Shown here: positions 14,437-29,050 of the stretch, piece by piece
How positions within the stretch are numbered: position 1 is the stretch's first letter
How the letters are laid out: the number at the start of each line of letters is the position of its first letter
NCBI GenBank assembly: GCA_009914755.4
Contig: CP068257.2
Coordinates: forward strand, 40,448,001-40,512,000
Direction: 5' to 3'
Length of the DNA: 64,000 nucleotides
Origin: the human T2T-CHM13v2.0 reference genome, Homo sapiens
Program-made: the position numbers and the translations under genes
Notes under the pieces: model-generated
What the model saw: only the letters and a program-made list of their open reading frames with translations
The model's database searches: none
Told to the model about the DNA's origin: nothing

Positions 14437-15333
14437 TCAGGGACTTGCCCAGGCCACACAGCTCACAGGGCAGAGTCACCACAGGAGCCAGAGGCTGCAC
14501 CAGGGCTCTGTCCGGAGTTTTCCCAGGCATGCGGAGAGCAGAGCAGCTTCTTAAAAACACACGGGAGTTCTGAAACCCCAGAATCCAGGGAAATGGGACT
14601 GCGGAATTTTAAAATCATTTTCCTCTTAAAATCTGTCATATTCAGTTACAAATTTAAAGGAATCCATTCTGTTTCTAAAATCAACTATGTTTTTGTACTA
14701 CTTTAACGTTTTTCACCCAGAAGCAGGATTTTGCTTTGTGATTTGTGAAATGGATTTTCCCATTGGAACAGGTAATGTGTAGACCCCACAGTTCAGATGC
14801 ATAATGGGTGGGTATCCTGGGAAGCTGGAGAAGGTCTTAGGAGGTGTTTCCAGAACCCCTCATTGTATATGAGGACACGGGGCAGAACCTCAGCAACCCC
14901 ACACGTGGTCGCCCCGAATTTTCCCTGTGTGCCAGCACTGCCTTCACAGGCATGACCCCACTTCAGCCTTTTGCAGCCACAGGACATGGCTGTTATTTCA
15001 CAGATGACAAGAGAGGGGCACTGGGAGGGCATGACATGGGCGCAATCATGCAACAGGGGTTTGTGAGCCTGGGTGTGAGCGCAGGTCCATCTGACCCCAG
15101 GACTCTTGTTGGCCCCAGAGCATTAGGCTTTCCCATCTCTGAGACCGGAATCCAAGACCCCCGGCTCCTGCTCTGATGGCCCTTGTGGGTCTTTGCGGGA
15201 TGGCAGGATCTGCTAACTGCTTTCTTCTCTGGGCTTGGCCAAGAAGCCAGGCTTGGGATGGCACGTGACCTCGGATAAAATGTTAAAAACAAAACAGGGC
15301 AAACATCTCCCGGGCTCCACAGGAGATGAGTGT

Positions 15334-15392
15334 GTGTGTGCGCGCGCGCGCGTGTGTGTGTGTGCGTGTGCGCATGTGTGCAGGACGGCTCT
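15334..15392. repeat. Alternating purine-pyrimidine (GT)n(GC)n(GT)n tract; Z-DNA-prone; intron 1
   Basis: gtgtgtgtgtgcgcgcgcgcgcgtgtgtgtgtgtgcgtgtgcgcatgtgtgc. Confidence 0.85.
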
Positions 15393-17047
15393 GCTGCGGA
15401 CCAGCTGGGGCCATGTAACGATCAGGTGGGGCCCTGGCACCTCTCTAGAGACCAGGAGCTGTAAGTGTCCTTAATGTGGTTGGCATCTCTGCTCAGGTTA
15501 CGATGAAAAACGCAAGCTAGATCCACTCTGCTAAGTTCTTGGTGCAGGAAGTCCTCGGCCTTTGCCTAGCTCGGCGTGGTCACTGAGTAGGTGAGCGCGT
15601 TCCTTCCGGCCATATTCCACCGTTCTTCATGCAAGTCACCTCTAGGCTCTCAGCCAAGCTGCCCTGGTCCCGGAAGCTGATTTGTCCTGTTCCACCCCGT
15701 ACGATGAGGACCTCCCGTTCCTTTGCAGAGCTCACAGTAACTACCCCACTGGTGATGCCAAGCAGCAGGTGGTCCCCATCCCCAGAGGCCCTGCTGAGCC
15801 CGCAGGGTGATTTGGGGTTCAGCCCCCAGAGGAAGTTGCAGCTCCAGTCCCTGTTGCTTGTGGAGTGGGGTCGCTGTGCAGCAAGTGTGTGGTCCAGCAC
15901 CTGTGTTCTGCCCAGAGCAAATCTGCAGCCTCTTCCCTCACCGTGTTTGAGGGCTGGCTCTGCCCTGTTTCTTCCTGGGGTGAGTAACAAGCCCCTGGAG
16001 TCCTGCTTTCTGCACACTTGTAGGTTGCTGCGAGGTCCAAGGAGGGAATCTTCAGAGATGCTGCCCCAGTGGAGCGAATAAGGACAGCAGTGGTTTTGTG
16101 ATCATTTCTGCTCCCATCTCTGTGTTCCTCCCCAGAAATCAATCCAGCTACTCATTGAGGGAAATCAACTGTAATACTGAGCCCCCACCTCTTGGGGGTA
16201 CAGTCTAGTAAAGCTTAGAGCTCAGGGGTTGAGTGTCTGAAATGCAAGCACTGTATGTCAAATCCTCCGTTCATCCTGCACTGAGAGTCCATGTACTCAG
16301 GGCCCCCTGCTAGGTGCCACGGGGGAGCTGGAGGGGACCCTTCACCATCCCTGTGTGCACTGGCTAGGGCTGCTGTAACAAAGAAACACAGCCTGCGTGG
16401 CTTAAACAGCAGAAATGGATTCGGTCACAGGTCTGGAGGCCGGAAGTCTAAGATGAAGTTGCGGGCAGGGCTGGCTCCTCCCGAGCCCCTGCAGGAGTCT
16501 CTGCTCCGGGCCTCCAGCTTCTGGAGCTGCTGGCAATCTTTGGTGTTCCTTGACAGGTAGAAGCATCACCCTGGTCTCTACCTTCTCCCTGTGTGCCTGT
16601 CTGTCTCCACATTTCCCTTTAGTATAAGGGCCAGTCATATTGTATTAGGGCCCACCCTAATGTCTCCACTTTAACTTGATACCCTCTGTAAGACATTACT
16701 GCAGATAAGGTCATATTCTGAGTTACTGGGGTTTAGGACTTTAACACACTAATTTTTGGAGGAACACAATCAATTCAAACTAGGCAGTAGGGGCTCCCGG
16801 GGAGATGGGAAGCCCAGGCACCACGTCAGGGGATGTCCATGACCAAAGAGTCTCGTGGTGAATGTCATGGGGCCAGGGGTCTCGAGAACGGAGTAATCAC
16901 GTTGATGGAGGGGCGATGGGCCTTGTGTAAAGGAACCAGGCTCCAGTGAGAGATATGTGGGGCCCAATAGGGTAAACCTGATGCTTGTCCTGCAGCGGGG
17001 GTGACTGTGCCTCCTCCTGATCACAGTGGTAACGGCTGAAAAGTTGA

Positions 17048-17900
<853 letters not shown>

Positions 17901-18323
17901 TAGATGTGCACGAGATTCTACGGCCTGTGGAATCAGCTCACATGGAGCAGAACAAAGGGACGTGATCTCTAAGCATTGATTCCAGCGCTGTGCTCTCTCC
18001 TTCGTATATGGACCGTGAGAACCCTGTGCTTCAGGAAGCATGCGTGGGGCCCAGGTGGCACCTCCTCCTCGGTCACAGCGGCTTTCTTAGCAGGCCAGGC
18101 TACGTTTATGCTTTATTCTTCTGTGCTCACTCATGCAACAGCCTTCCTGGTGCACTAGCAGGCAAAGGCCAGTGGAGAGGGCTGGTGGGCAGCTTCTGAG
18201 AGGCCTGCGCGAGTGCGGGAGGTGTGGTCTCACTTGCTATTGCAGAGGGACGCCTTGCGGATAACCGCTCGCACGGATCTGATCCTGGTGTTCTCAGTCG
18301 CCTTCTTGCTTGGCCTCTTTCAG

Positions 18324-18566
18324 AAAAAGGCCTCTCCCTGTTGGGCTACCAGCTATGCAGCCACCGTGTGACCCACACTGTACAGAAGGTGGAGGCCGTG
18401 CAGACGTCCTACACGTCCTATGTGTCCTGCGGCGGCTGGATCCCCTGGAGGCGGTGCCCTAAGATGGTTTACCGGACACAGTACCTGGTAGTGGAGGTCC
18501 CCGAGTCCAGGAACGTGACTGACTGCTGTGAGGGCTATGAACAGCTCGGCCTCTACTGTGTCTTGC
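18324..18566 (+). CDS. UMODL1: Coding exon 2: EMI domain (..CSHRVTHTVQKVEAVQTSYTSYVSCGGWIPWRRCPKMVYRTQYLVVEVPESRNVTDCCEGYEQLGLYCVL), phase 1 to 1.
   Basis: Acceptor ctctttcag|, donor |gtgagt. Six Cys with the CCxGY motif typical of EMI domains. Open frame, GC3-rich codons. Confidence 0.85.
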
Positions 18567-19319
18567 GTGAGTCCAGGGCTGCTGGGCTGGTGCGGGGCCA
18601 CCCTTGCCGTCGAGACGCCTGATGGGACAGTCACCGTTGGCATCCATTGGCCCCGAACTTGCTAGATCTTCCAGGAGCACGGCTCCCAGCCTTGACCAGG
18701 CAGCAGGTCATCGGCAGGGCTTTCCCTGGCCCCACTCCTAGGTTTCTGAGTCCGTGGGTGGGGGTGAAGTACAAGAATTTGCCCTCCTGACAAGTTCCTG
18801 GGTGACGCTGACGCTGCTGGCCCAGGGACCCCACTTTGAGAACCTCTGCTGTTCTCAGAGGGCTCCTGGATGGCTTTAAAAATGCAGATGCCTGGGTCTC
18901 TTCCTGAGAGAGTGTGAGGGAATTGGCCCGGGGCGTTGAGAGAGTGTCGGAAGTTTTCAAAGCTCCCAGAGTGATTCTCATATACCACTGAGTGTGAGAG
19001 CCAGCACTGAACTCTCTTCTACAGCAGCCTTTTCTTTCTAAAAGCTGCAGTGAAATGCTTTCGTAGCCAAAATCCTATTCTGAACTCCAATACGTGAAAG
19101 AGCTGGAAGGAGCCCCGAGCCTACCACCCTAAGTGCTCAGAGGCCCCCAAGTCCTCCCGGTTCCTCAGTGCAGTTTGGAAGCTGCTTTCCTGTAGGATGC
19201 TTGGGGCCAGTTACCAGGGTGACCTGTGTGGTTATGCCAGGCCAGGGTCTGAGCCGTTGGGATAGGGCAGGGACTCAGGGCTCAGCCTACTGACACACAG
19301 GTGATCTCTTCCAGGGGAG

Positions 19320-19321
<2 letters not shown>

Positions 19322-19382
<61 letters not shown>
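19322..19382. repeat. (GT)~30 microsatellite, intron 2
   Basis: Perfect GT dinucleotide run of about 60 nt. Confidence 0.95.
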
Positions 19383-19383
<1 letters not shown>

Positions 19384-20430
19384 TGGCTGCTAATTTTGAG
19401 TCAATACCAGATCTGCAATGAGTTTCTGTACAGTCAGAAGGTCCTGCCTTGCACCCCCACTGTGGAGGGATGTGGGGATGTGTGGCTCCAGCTTGGTGTT
19501 GGCCAGGGTCACTGAGACATAAGGGCTGTGACCTCCAGAGTGCAGAAGCCACCAGCTCCTGGGTGCCACGAAGGGGATCCTGCAGGACCCATCCTTGTGG
19601 CCTGAGACTGTTGTACCCAGGTGAGTTAGAGAAAACGCCATACTTTGAGACGAATTAAGAGTCTTTTATTAGCCGGCGACCGAGAGACGGCTAACGCTAA
19701 AAATTCTCTCAGCCCCGAAGAAGGGGCTAGATTTTCTTTTATACTTTGGTTTAGAAAGAGGAGCGGGGGTCTAGTTAAAACAATTTTACAGAAGTAAAGT
19801 AGGCAAAAAAGTTAAAAGGATAAATGGTTACAGAAAAGTAAACAGTTCCAGGTGCAGGGGCTTTAAGACTATTACAAGGTGATAGACACGAGGCTTTGGG
19901 CGTTATCAATCAGACGAATTCCTGGGAACTGCGGATATAGCTCGCCACAGTATCTTATCAGTTAACTGCATTCTTGGATGTGCTGGGAGTCAGCTTGCAC
20001 AAGTTAAGTCCTTGAGGAAGGGGCTGCCAGGGAAAGAGGCAAGATGGAGTCTGTCTGGCTCTCTTAGCTAAGGGAGAGTCCATTCAGGTGGAAACAAGCC
20101 TAAAAACAGGGTTAGTAAAAACAAGGTTGGGCATTACAAGACCAGGACAACAGCAGAATGGAGCGTGGACTCCGCAAACCAGGGTGTCTGCCTCCTCCAG
20201 AAACCAAGGGCCCCAGATTGTAGAGTCTGGGGTCTGCATAGACCTGCATGCTGGGCCATCCTGAGTGGGCCCTCCCTCAGCCCCCAGTGCTATTTCACTG
20301 ATGACAGGGAGAGTTGATGCGTTTCTGTTGCCCCGTTCAGAGGGCCAGGCAGAGAGAGGGCCTGATGGTTTCGGGTGTGCTGTTAACAGGCATGTTCCTC
20401 TTTCAGGAGTGTTAAAACAATACCACCATA

Positions 20431-20835
20431 ACCAACACCTCCATCACCAACAGAAACCAGGCAGGGCCAGCTGACCCCAGAGCAACACCTCCATCACCAA
20501 TAGAAACCAGGCGGGGCCAGCTGACCCCAGAGCAACACCTCCATCACCAACAGAAACCAGGCGGGGCCAGCTGACCCCAGAGCAACACCTCCATCACCAA
20601 CAGAAACCAGGCGGGGCCAGCTGACCCCAGAGCAACACCTCCATCACCAACAGAAACCAGGCGGGGCCAGCTGACCCCAGAGCAACACCTCCATCACCAA
20701 CAGAAACCAGGCGGGGCCAGCTGACCCCAGAGCAACACCTCCATCACCAACAGAAGCCAGGTGGGGCCAGCTGACCCCAGAGCAACACCTCCATCACCAA
20801 CAGAAACCAGGCAGGGCCAGCTGACCCCAGAGCAA
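20431..20835. repeat. Minisatellite/VNTR: 50-bp unit x about 8 (agcaacacctccatcaccaacagaaaccaggcggggccagctgaccccag), intron 2
   Basis: Eight near-identical head-to-tail units with a few point differences (tag/cag, agccaggtg). Confidence 0.9.
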
Positions 20836-23800
20836 TGGCCCTTCTGTACTCTCATTGGTTCCCTAGAGGGCCACTGGCAGGACAAGCCTATGCCTTGGCC
20901 ATGCTGCTCAGGTGCTGGTCTAAGGAGACCCTTCCTGTCCTGATGCCTGGCCCCATTTCCACTTTCTTCGAGGGCCACACACACAGAGGGGCCTGCTGAG
21001 CTACAGTTGCTGCTGTGCAACAACTCCACTCCTAGGGGATAGCGGGGGGCCATTAGGACACAGGTGCTGGTGCCACGGCAACTCGGTTTAGAGCATGTGG
21101 GCTTTGCAGTCAGGACATGCCCTGTCCTGTCCAGTCTTACCTGTGAAGGCCACACCTCTTCCTACCTGTTGGCATTGTCAGGACTAGTGAGGGGAGGAGG
21201 CCCTGGGGGAGGCTGATCAGCAGCCCCTTCCTGCTCCCGCTCTGCAGGGCCACACCAGCCCCACCCATGCCCACCATCACCTTCTGTAAGAGACCCTGGC
21301 CTGCTGCAGCAAACAAGTTAATTCCCTCCCAGAAGATAGGGAGGCCTCTCCCCACCACCTGCCCTGCATCCTCCTTCACAGACCAGCCTCCAGGAAGCGC
21401 CTCTTGTTGGAATCAGCCCCACTTTTAGAGTGTTAACACCTTTAATTAGGGACTCACCAGGGCGATGCCCTTGCAGTCAGGGAGTCCCGTGGGTGAGAGT
21501 GGGCTGCCCTGGGGAGCTGCAGGGAGTGGAGAGTGAGGCCACAGGGAGGGACGTGAGGCATGAGGGGAGGTGGACTCAACCTGTGGGCCCTGAGCCCCTC
21601 AGTAATGGCCCCTCAGGTTCTAGAAGGCTCACTCTGGCACAGTGAAGAGGGGGCAGATCTAGAAGGAGGAAGGAAGAGAAGAGGGAGGGAAACAGGCACT
21701 GCCTGAGTGCATTCTTTCTAAGAGGCCAGGGCAGGAGACCCTCCAATCCCTCGGGCACCAAAGGAATGAGTATCCCTGGCTCTGCATGTGGGGATCCAGG
21801 CTAGGGGAGGCCCGCGCCTCCACCACCATGGCACAGTTCCAGGAAGGCAGGCTGGGGATGTGGACCGGGGCTCTCTGACCCCCAGGCAGATTTTTGGGGG
21901 TTTACCAAGCTGCACTTTAGTATAAGGGAGTTTGTGGCATTTGAGTGCTGTGGCTGTGGCGACTGTGGGAGGAGGAACATTTCAGGGCACTGAGGACACG
22001 GAGTTCTTTCTCAGAAAGGTCCCTGCCTGTGCCGGGGCCTGGTGAAGGGCACAGCCCACGAGGCTTCTGCAACTCCTGCCGCTGGAGGGCCTGTATCCCA
22101 TTTCTTCCCAGCCCCACGGTCAGAGACACCATGCTGGTGGTGTGAAGGCGCCTGTGGTGGGCGGATTTACACCCCGGATTTTGGCAGCGCGAACTTCTCC
22201 ATGCTTGCACAGCTCTTTTGATCAAAGCCGCCTTTTTCTGGGATGCCACACAGCAGGTTGGCTCCTTGGAGCTGGATGTGAGATGGTTTCAGTAAGTGAC
22301 CTGTTGAGCACCGTGACTCTGATTTGTACAGAACGAAGCAGGGCCCGAAGCTGGACCTGGCAGATGTTGGAGGCCCCTGGAAATACTGGGAAGCGTGAAG
22401 GGCAGGAGATGCTCCTTCCTCTGTGGCGGGGCCTCCAGGTCACCCGAGTGTGGGTGACTCACACCTCAGCTACCCGGGGGTCTGCGCCTCGGAGTCCTAT
22501 CCCCCAGACAGTGGTAAAATGCCAGACATGTTTCCTCCTTTCTCCTCCCACTCAATAATGACTTATGCAAAAAAGGGAAGGGAAGCATGGACACACACGT
22601 GATATGACTTTCAGTGACTTTTTCAACTTTTTCAGTCCAGCATTTGGAATGCGATGACAACTGGTGCATTATTTTAAGTTTTTAAAAATATAATTACAGA
22701 AATGAACACACGAGCCATACAGAAAATTTGGAAACACAGAAAAGAACAGGAGGAGGAAACGATCCCAAGCCTGCTGCTCACGAATAACCACCTTTCACAT
22801 GTTCTTTATCCAGGGCAGACATTTCACAAGAGGATGGCCACTGTGTCCAAGACATTTGTAGCACGATTTTACCACTCAGCAATGTATCCACAGCAGCTTT
22901 CATGCCTGTGAACATGACTCCACTGCATGCTTTTACGGCCACATGGCATTACCTCATACGCACATCAGCATTCATTGAGCAAGCTCTTGCCACTTAACTG
23001 TCAGTTGTTTCCAATTACTCATTATCATACATAATGCTGTGATGAACATCATACCGTACAAACACGACTGTGCACAAGTTGGATTATGCGCTGAGGATGA
23101 ATTCTGAGAAGTGGAACCCAGCATCTTAGCTGTGCTCTGTTAACTCCAGTGACACCCCAGCTCTGCACAGGATCAACCTCCTGGCAAACTCAGCCTCGTT
23201 AGGCAAGTCCAGGACCCCCAGAGGACCAGGAGACTCCCCAAAACTTCCTGTCCCCGCATGCTGATGACCAGGGGCCCTTTGGTGAGAACCTCCTGTCCCG
23301 ACCAGGCGAAGAGGCCCCGAGGAAGGAGGAGGGAGACAGGAGCGACTCCTCCTCAGCCCACCCAGTCCTCAGCCCTGGGAGCCTTGGGTTTTGTTGCTCA
23401 AACACAAAGCTCCCCTGTTGCCTCACTGGACCATGACTAGCAGTGTTGCCAGGAGCTGAGCAGTTCTGTTTTATTGTTTGCATTGAGTTAGGGACGAAGG
23501 AGATTTGTGACTTTCTACCAAGTTGGACTTGTTCAGCGTTCTCAGGGCACTCAGTCAGCTGGCCAGCTCCAAGGGATGGAGGGGCTTCCCGGCAGTAGCC
23601 AGTTAAGATGCAAACCTTTCACTTAAAAACACGCCTCTGGTGATTAGGCAACTATTTTTAGAAGCCAGTTTTGGGGGGATTGTTTCTATTTAAATAGGCT
23701 TTTAGTTTAGAATAGTTTTAGATTTGCAGGGAAGTTGCAAAGATAATGCAGAAAGGTCCTGTACCCCCCAACCCAGCTTCCCCTAACGTTAGCATCTTAC

Positions 23801-26147
23801 AGCTCTCGGGACTACTTGTCCTAAGGAACTGACACTGGGCATTGTCGGGAAACTCCATAGTTTATTTGGATTCCCCTGTTTTCCCCTGAATGTCTTTTTC
23901 TGTCCCAGGAGCCCACCTTCCATTTAGTCCGCATGTCTGCTTAACCCTGAGGCCTTTGCTTTTTGCACTGGGAGACAAAGCAGAGACCTTCGGATTCTCA
24001 GCAAGCCTCCACCAGGCTCCTGGCGTTGCCCTCCTCGAGCTGCACCCAACGTTCATTTTTCATGCACGGCCATCGGTAGAGCTGCCTGGATGATGAGGAG
24101 ATGAAGAGTGAGTCAGGGACAACGCAGGAAAGAGAGTGCGGCTGAGAGGAATGCCCACAGCAAGGCCGGGCGCCAGGCAGACAGGGCTGGGTGAGGAGAG
24201 CGGGGATGCAGGCTCTCTGCATATTCCGTGACTCTGGCTGCCCCTGCTCTGGCCAGCTGAGCAGTGTCCTTGGTGATGTGGTCCCAGCAGAAGCCAGGGC
24301 CGCCACCTCTTTCTTCGTTGCAGAGTGCTCTGCAGAGAACTTGGGGGACCCGAGAGGCCAGTCCCTGGGACTGCAGCCTGCTGAGGCTGCCCTTCCGCTT
24401 GGCCAATCCCACGAGTTTTCCCCACCCTCGCGGGGGTGAGTCCAGGACCCAGTTACCAGCTGGCCTCCTCTAGTCTTCTGGGCTCTGAGAGGTCTTGAGC
24501 TGTGCTCCTAAACATCCCCGGGCCATAGACACACAAAGCTTGCCATGTATCTGGGCATGAACTGGACAGCTCTGAGTAAAGCCCCAGGGGGGCATGGCAC
24601 CCACCGTCAGGGTGGCTGGCTATGGAGGCCACAGAGCTGGGCAAGCCTTCTCTGGGGCCCAGCACTGGGGTCCCTCCTCCCTCTGTGTCCTCCTCATGGC
24701 TGCCCTCAGCCTCGTCCTGGAGCTCCCATCTTCTCAGCTTCCTTCCGTCCTGGGAGATGGGGTCATCTCCTGCCCTGGGCCCACCTCTGCCGTCTTGGCA
24801 AAGGCACACTGCAGGCTCTGCAGCATCGGGCACACGCTCTGCTGTCTCCTGACCCCTGGGGTTCGGTTTCTTCTCCTTGCCCTCCTCTTGTGCTTCTTGG
24901 AGCCCTGAGCATCAGCCTCCGGACTCCTGACAGCTTCCCTTTGGGTGGATTCTCAGACTCCTGCAGTGCTTTCTGAGACCTCTATAAGCCCTTTTCTGGA
25001 AAGCCCACCGTGGCCTCCCCCTGCAGCCTTGGCTGAGGTCTGGTCCCCAGGACCAGCACACCTCCCATGGGGACCCCACCGGGTTGGCCTCTTGCCTTCC
25101 TCATCTTTGCCTCCTGCAGAGGCTGGCCGCGTTTCTGTGTCTAGAGCTGCATCGGAGCTGCACTCACACTGTGAAGGGCTGGGGAGCTGTGCAGCCAACA
25201 GCCAGCGGGCTGGCCTCAGGGGCCACCTCCAGTGCCACTCTGCCATGCGTCTCCACATGGGCGAGCAGTGGACATGTCCGACTTCACATTTGCACTGCCA
25301 CACTCCTGGTCTACACCAGGCCGTTCTTCCCGCAGCTTTCCCCAGCTCAGGAATGAAGCCCCAGGGATGCCAGACCCGAAGCCTGGGAGCCTTCCTGAAG
25401 CTTCTTCTTCTCTTACACCCCATCCCGTCTGTCAGCACATCCTGTGGACGCCCCCACCTGATCTCCCCAGGGACCCATGCTGCACTCACCTGCACTGTCA
25501 CCTAGGTCGGCCCCCACCACACCCCACACCAGGCCTGTACCTCGCCTTGTGGGCGCCAGGGCTGATGTCTGCAGAGCTGCTCCGAGCTCCCCTCTGCCCA
25601 GCCTAGGCATGAGCCCCTCTCCAGAGTGTCCTTCCAATCCCCCACACTGCTTCATTCCCTGAGGCTCTCACCCCATCTGAATATCTGTAGATCTCCTTGC
25701 ACTATTGTTCCCCCACTGGAATATAAGTTCCCTGAAGGCTGGGCCCTGGGCACCCGGCATTGTGCCCGGCACATAGCAGGTGCTCAACAAATATTGAATG
25801 AATGAATGAATGAATGAATGAGCTATCAGGACTTGAAGCAGCAAGGGGCCCTTTCAGGGGGTGGTGGAGCCCCCTGGACCTGGACTTCTGAGGCCTAGAG
25901 GAAACAGAGACACCTAGGACCCCAGCTGAAGCTGCCCTGGAAGGACAGATGGGCAGAGGATATGAAAACCAAAGCCAATGGCCCTCCAATGGGGTGGGTG
26001 TCTGCCCAGGCATGGGGATGGGCCCCGAACAGGCCACAGACCTACAGGCAGAATTCAGCACCAGGAAGCACCGACGTGAGGTCCCCGTGCAGCAAATCAG
26101 GTTTGTCTTTTATCGCCAGTATCATTAATTGTATCATTTTCTCCCAG

Positions 26148-26309
26148 CCCTGAATCAGTCCGGGCAGTTCACGTCAAGACCCGGGGCCTGCCCCGCAGAG
26201 GGGCCTGAACCATCCACCTCCCCCTGCAGCTTGGACATCGACTGTCCTGGACTTGAGAAGTGCTGCCCCTGGTCAGGGGGGCGCTACTGCATGGCCCCTG
26301 CACCCCAAG
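26148..26309 (+). CDS. UMODL1: Coding exon 3: WAP four-disulfide-core domain (PLNQSGQFTSRPGACPAEGPEPSTSPCSLDIDCPGLEKCCPWSGGRYCMAPAPQ), phase 1 to 1.
   Basis: Acceptor ttttctcccag|, donor aag|gtaggc. Cys spacing C-x-C-x-C-x-CC-x-C characteristic of WAP. Confidence 0.85.
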
Positions 26310-26774
26310 GTAGGCTGCTGCGGGCCATGCTTATGGACAGGCAGCAAAGGCGGGTCTCGGTGAGGCCTGATCTGTGTGAAGGTGTGGGGGGGAGTGTGTT
26401 TCTAGGAGCAGTGACCGATTTCATCAGGAGCCCCCACCGTGTGCACAGGCAGCACCTGCTCTTAGATAATTTCTTAGTCAAAATCTGGCCACTGAACTCT
26501 CGGGGGAGAAATCTCATGGCGCTCTTAGGGGCCCTGAAATGGGAAGACACTTCTGGTGGAGCAGAGACCCGGATTTCCCAGTTTGCCTGGAGAGGCCAGG
26601 AGCTCCAGGTAGATTAGTTGCAGGTGTGGAGCTGGCTGTGCCTGCAGTGCCACAGGGGCCTGACGAGCGCCACAGCACCCGTAGGCAGGCCCTGCCACCT
26701 CAGATATGCGCCTGCTGGTCTGGAAAGTTCTCTTTTGATTGGGGTCTGCATCCAGGAGAATGGGAGAATGGGAT

Positions 26775-27045
26775 GGCCTATACATATATATATATGTATA
26801 ATGTTACATATTATTTAATATTTAAAATATTATATATTATAGCGTTAGTATGGTATGCAGTAATAAAGCAATAGTATACATAATATCAGATATTATTATA
26901 TGATAATACTATATCATTATACTACATGCTATTATATAGTATATATCATATTACATATGATTATACTATCCAATATTTGTAGTATCAATAAAATAATGAC
27001 AAAGTATAAAGTAATTTTCTATATCAACATACTATGACAGTATAA
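26775..27045. repeat. AT-rich low-complexity/(TA)n-like block in the short intron 3
   Basis: tatacatatatatatatgtataatgttacatattatttaatatttaaaatattatatattatag... Confidence 0.8.
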
Positions 27046-27359
27046 TGAGGCTGATAGGCTCTATTTACCTCCTAAGCAGATCTCTTCAAGGGAAGGCCTG
27101 CTGCTGTGGGTCCCAGGCCCAGCTCACCTCTGAGCAGGGATCGGTGGTCTTCAGGGACATTAGGATGGAGAGGAGCGAGGGGCGGGCAGTGAGGACATCC
27201 CCCGTCTCCTGTGGTAGATGTCTTTTTGCAGGGAGGTAAATGCAGAGCAGGGCCTCTCATGGCCTCTGGTTCCCTCTCCTGCCCCCTCTCCCACCCCAGC
27301 AGCTTTTGTGACTTCAACCTGTCCTGGGTCCATAATCATCAGTGTTTTCCCTTGTGTAG

Positions 27360-27481
27360 CTCCAGAGAGGGACCCTGTGGGCTCCTGGTACAACGTCACC
27401 ATACTGGTGAAAATGGACTTCAAGGAACTCCAGCAAGTGGACCCCAGGCTCCTGAACCACATGCGCCTTCTGCATTCCTTG
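27360..27481 (+). CDS. UMODL1: Coding exon 4: first half of SEA-like module 1 (APERDPVGSWYNVTILVKMDFKELQQVDPRLLNHMRLLHSL), phase 1 to 0. An alternative donor 4 nt downstream (exon end 27485, phase 1) also exists.
   Basis: Acceptor ccttgtgtag|. Sequence TTG|GTAG|GTGAGA offers two donors. Paralogous to exons 8 and 13 (VTIKIVNHNLTEKLLNRSSVEYQDFSRQLLHE / VRIKNVRYSESFRNASSQEYRDFLELFFRM), which also end in phase 0. Confidence 0.75.
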
Positions 27482-28624
27482 GTAGGTGAGACAGACGGGG
27501 GCTGCCTGCACCCTCCTTGTGGCAGCTGCTCAGGCAGACCCAGGTATGGGGCCGTGGAAGGGACCTGGGGGTTGGGGAGGGTGATGTTCCCCAAATGGCC
27601 CCAAATGACTGACTCTGAACGAAATTCTAGTTCTTAAAAAATCAGCTTCAAAGAGGTATGATTTACATGCAACAAAATGCACACAACTGAAGCGTGTAGT
27701 TGGCTGAGTTGTTATGTGTGTACCCTCATAGGCCCGCCTGTCGTGGTGGAGAACGCGGATCCCTAAGCTTGCAGGGGTCTGCAGTCCCAGCAAAGACAGC
27801 CTAAGCCCCGAGCTCTTCCCTCACCACCCTCAGTCCCAATTTCTTCAAGTTCTGGCTCCTGCTTCGTGGAAGCCAGCACCAACCTGGGAGTGCTGAGATG
27901 GGAACCGTAGCCCAGGGCTGGAGAGCACCCTGGGGTCTGATGGTTAGCAGCGCCCCTGGCCTCTCCACACAAGTCAGAAGCACACCCCAGGGTGGCATCC
28001 AAAACTGTCTCCAGACGTCGCCCACTGTCCCCTGGGGATAAAAACAAACACCCTGGCTGACCCTTGCTGATGACACAGGTCATGCTTTCTGGCCCATCAG
28101 CAGTGATTACCAACCAGGATGTCTTCTCCAGCTCAGGCCACCATCAGTCTCGGGAATCCCAGTGTGGACAGGGCGCTGCGTGTCCCCAAGGCTGCCGCGT
28201 GTCCCCAAGGCCGCCCTCCCTGGGGGATGGTCTGGCTTCAGGACCGGCTGCTGACAGGGGCTTGTGCTCAGAGGGGCCTCAGCTTGGTCTAATGTGCTGC
28301 TGTTGCCTCTGGAAATGCCGAACACTTTTCAGACAAGGGGCCCCGCATTTTCCTTTGGCATCTGTGTAGCTGTTCTGTGCTTCAGATCTTTTGTGTGTCC
28401 CATATGTCCCTGGGTGTCTTGGTGTCAAACCCAGGGTTGGGTCGCTCCTTGGCCGTTAGACTAAGCTGGCTGGCAGCCCAGATCAGATGGTGCACACCTC
28501 ATGTTGTTCTGGGCTGCTGGCCAGTGAGCTGCTAGACAGGTAGTCTGCAGCCTCGGCCTTAACAGCCCGGGCTAGGAGTGATTCCTGTTTCCTCTTAGCT
28601 TGTTAAGGGGACTGCCCAATTGGC

Positions 28625-28745
28625 CAGTAAGAAACTAGCTCTGAAGCCACACTGCCTGGCCCTAGTGTTGCCACTCATCAGCTGTGTGACCTTGGGTAAG
28701 TCACTTAACCTCTCTGTGCCTGAGATACCTCCTCCATTAAACATA
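28625..28745 (+). mobile_element. MIR SINE fragment
   Basis: gccactcatcagctgtgtgaccttgggtaagtcacttaacctctctgtgcctgag matches the MIR core. Confidence 0.7.
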
Positions 28746-28751
28746 AATAAT

Positions 28752-29050
<299 letters not shown>

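Noticed and set aside
20431-20835. Possible CRISPR-like array (regular direct repeats)
   Set aside because: Units are contiguous with no unique spacers, and the sequence is eukaryotic intronic. It is a minisatellite.
24945-25505. Overlapping about 185-aa ORFs on both strands
   Set aside because: Simultaneous stop-free frames on both strands in a GC-rich intronic stretch indicate compositional bias, not coding.
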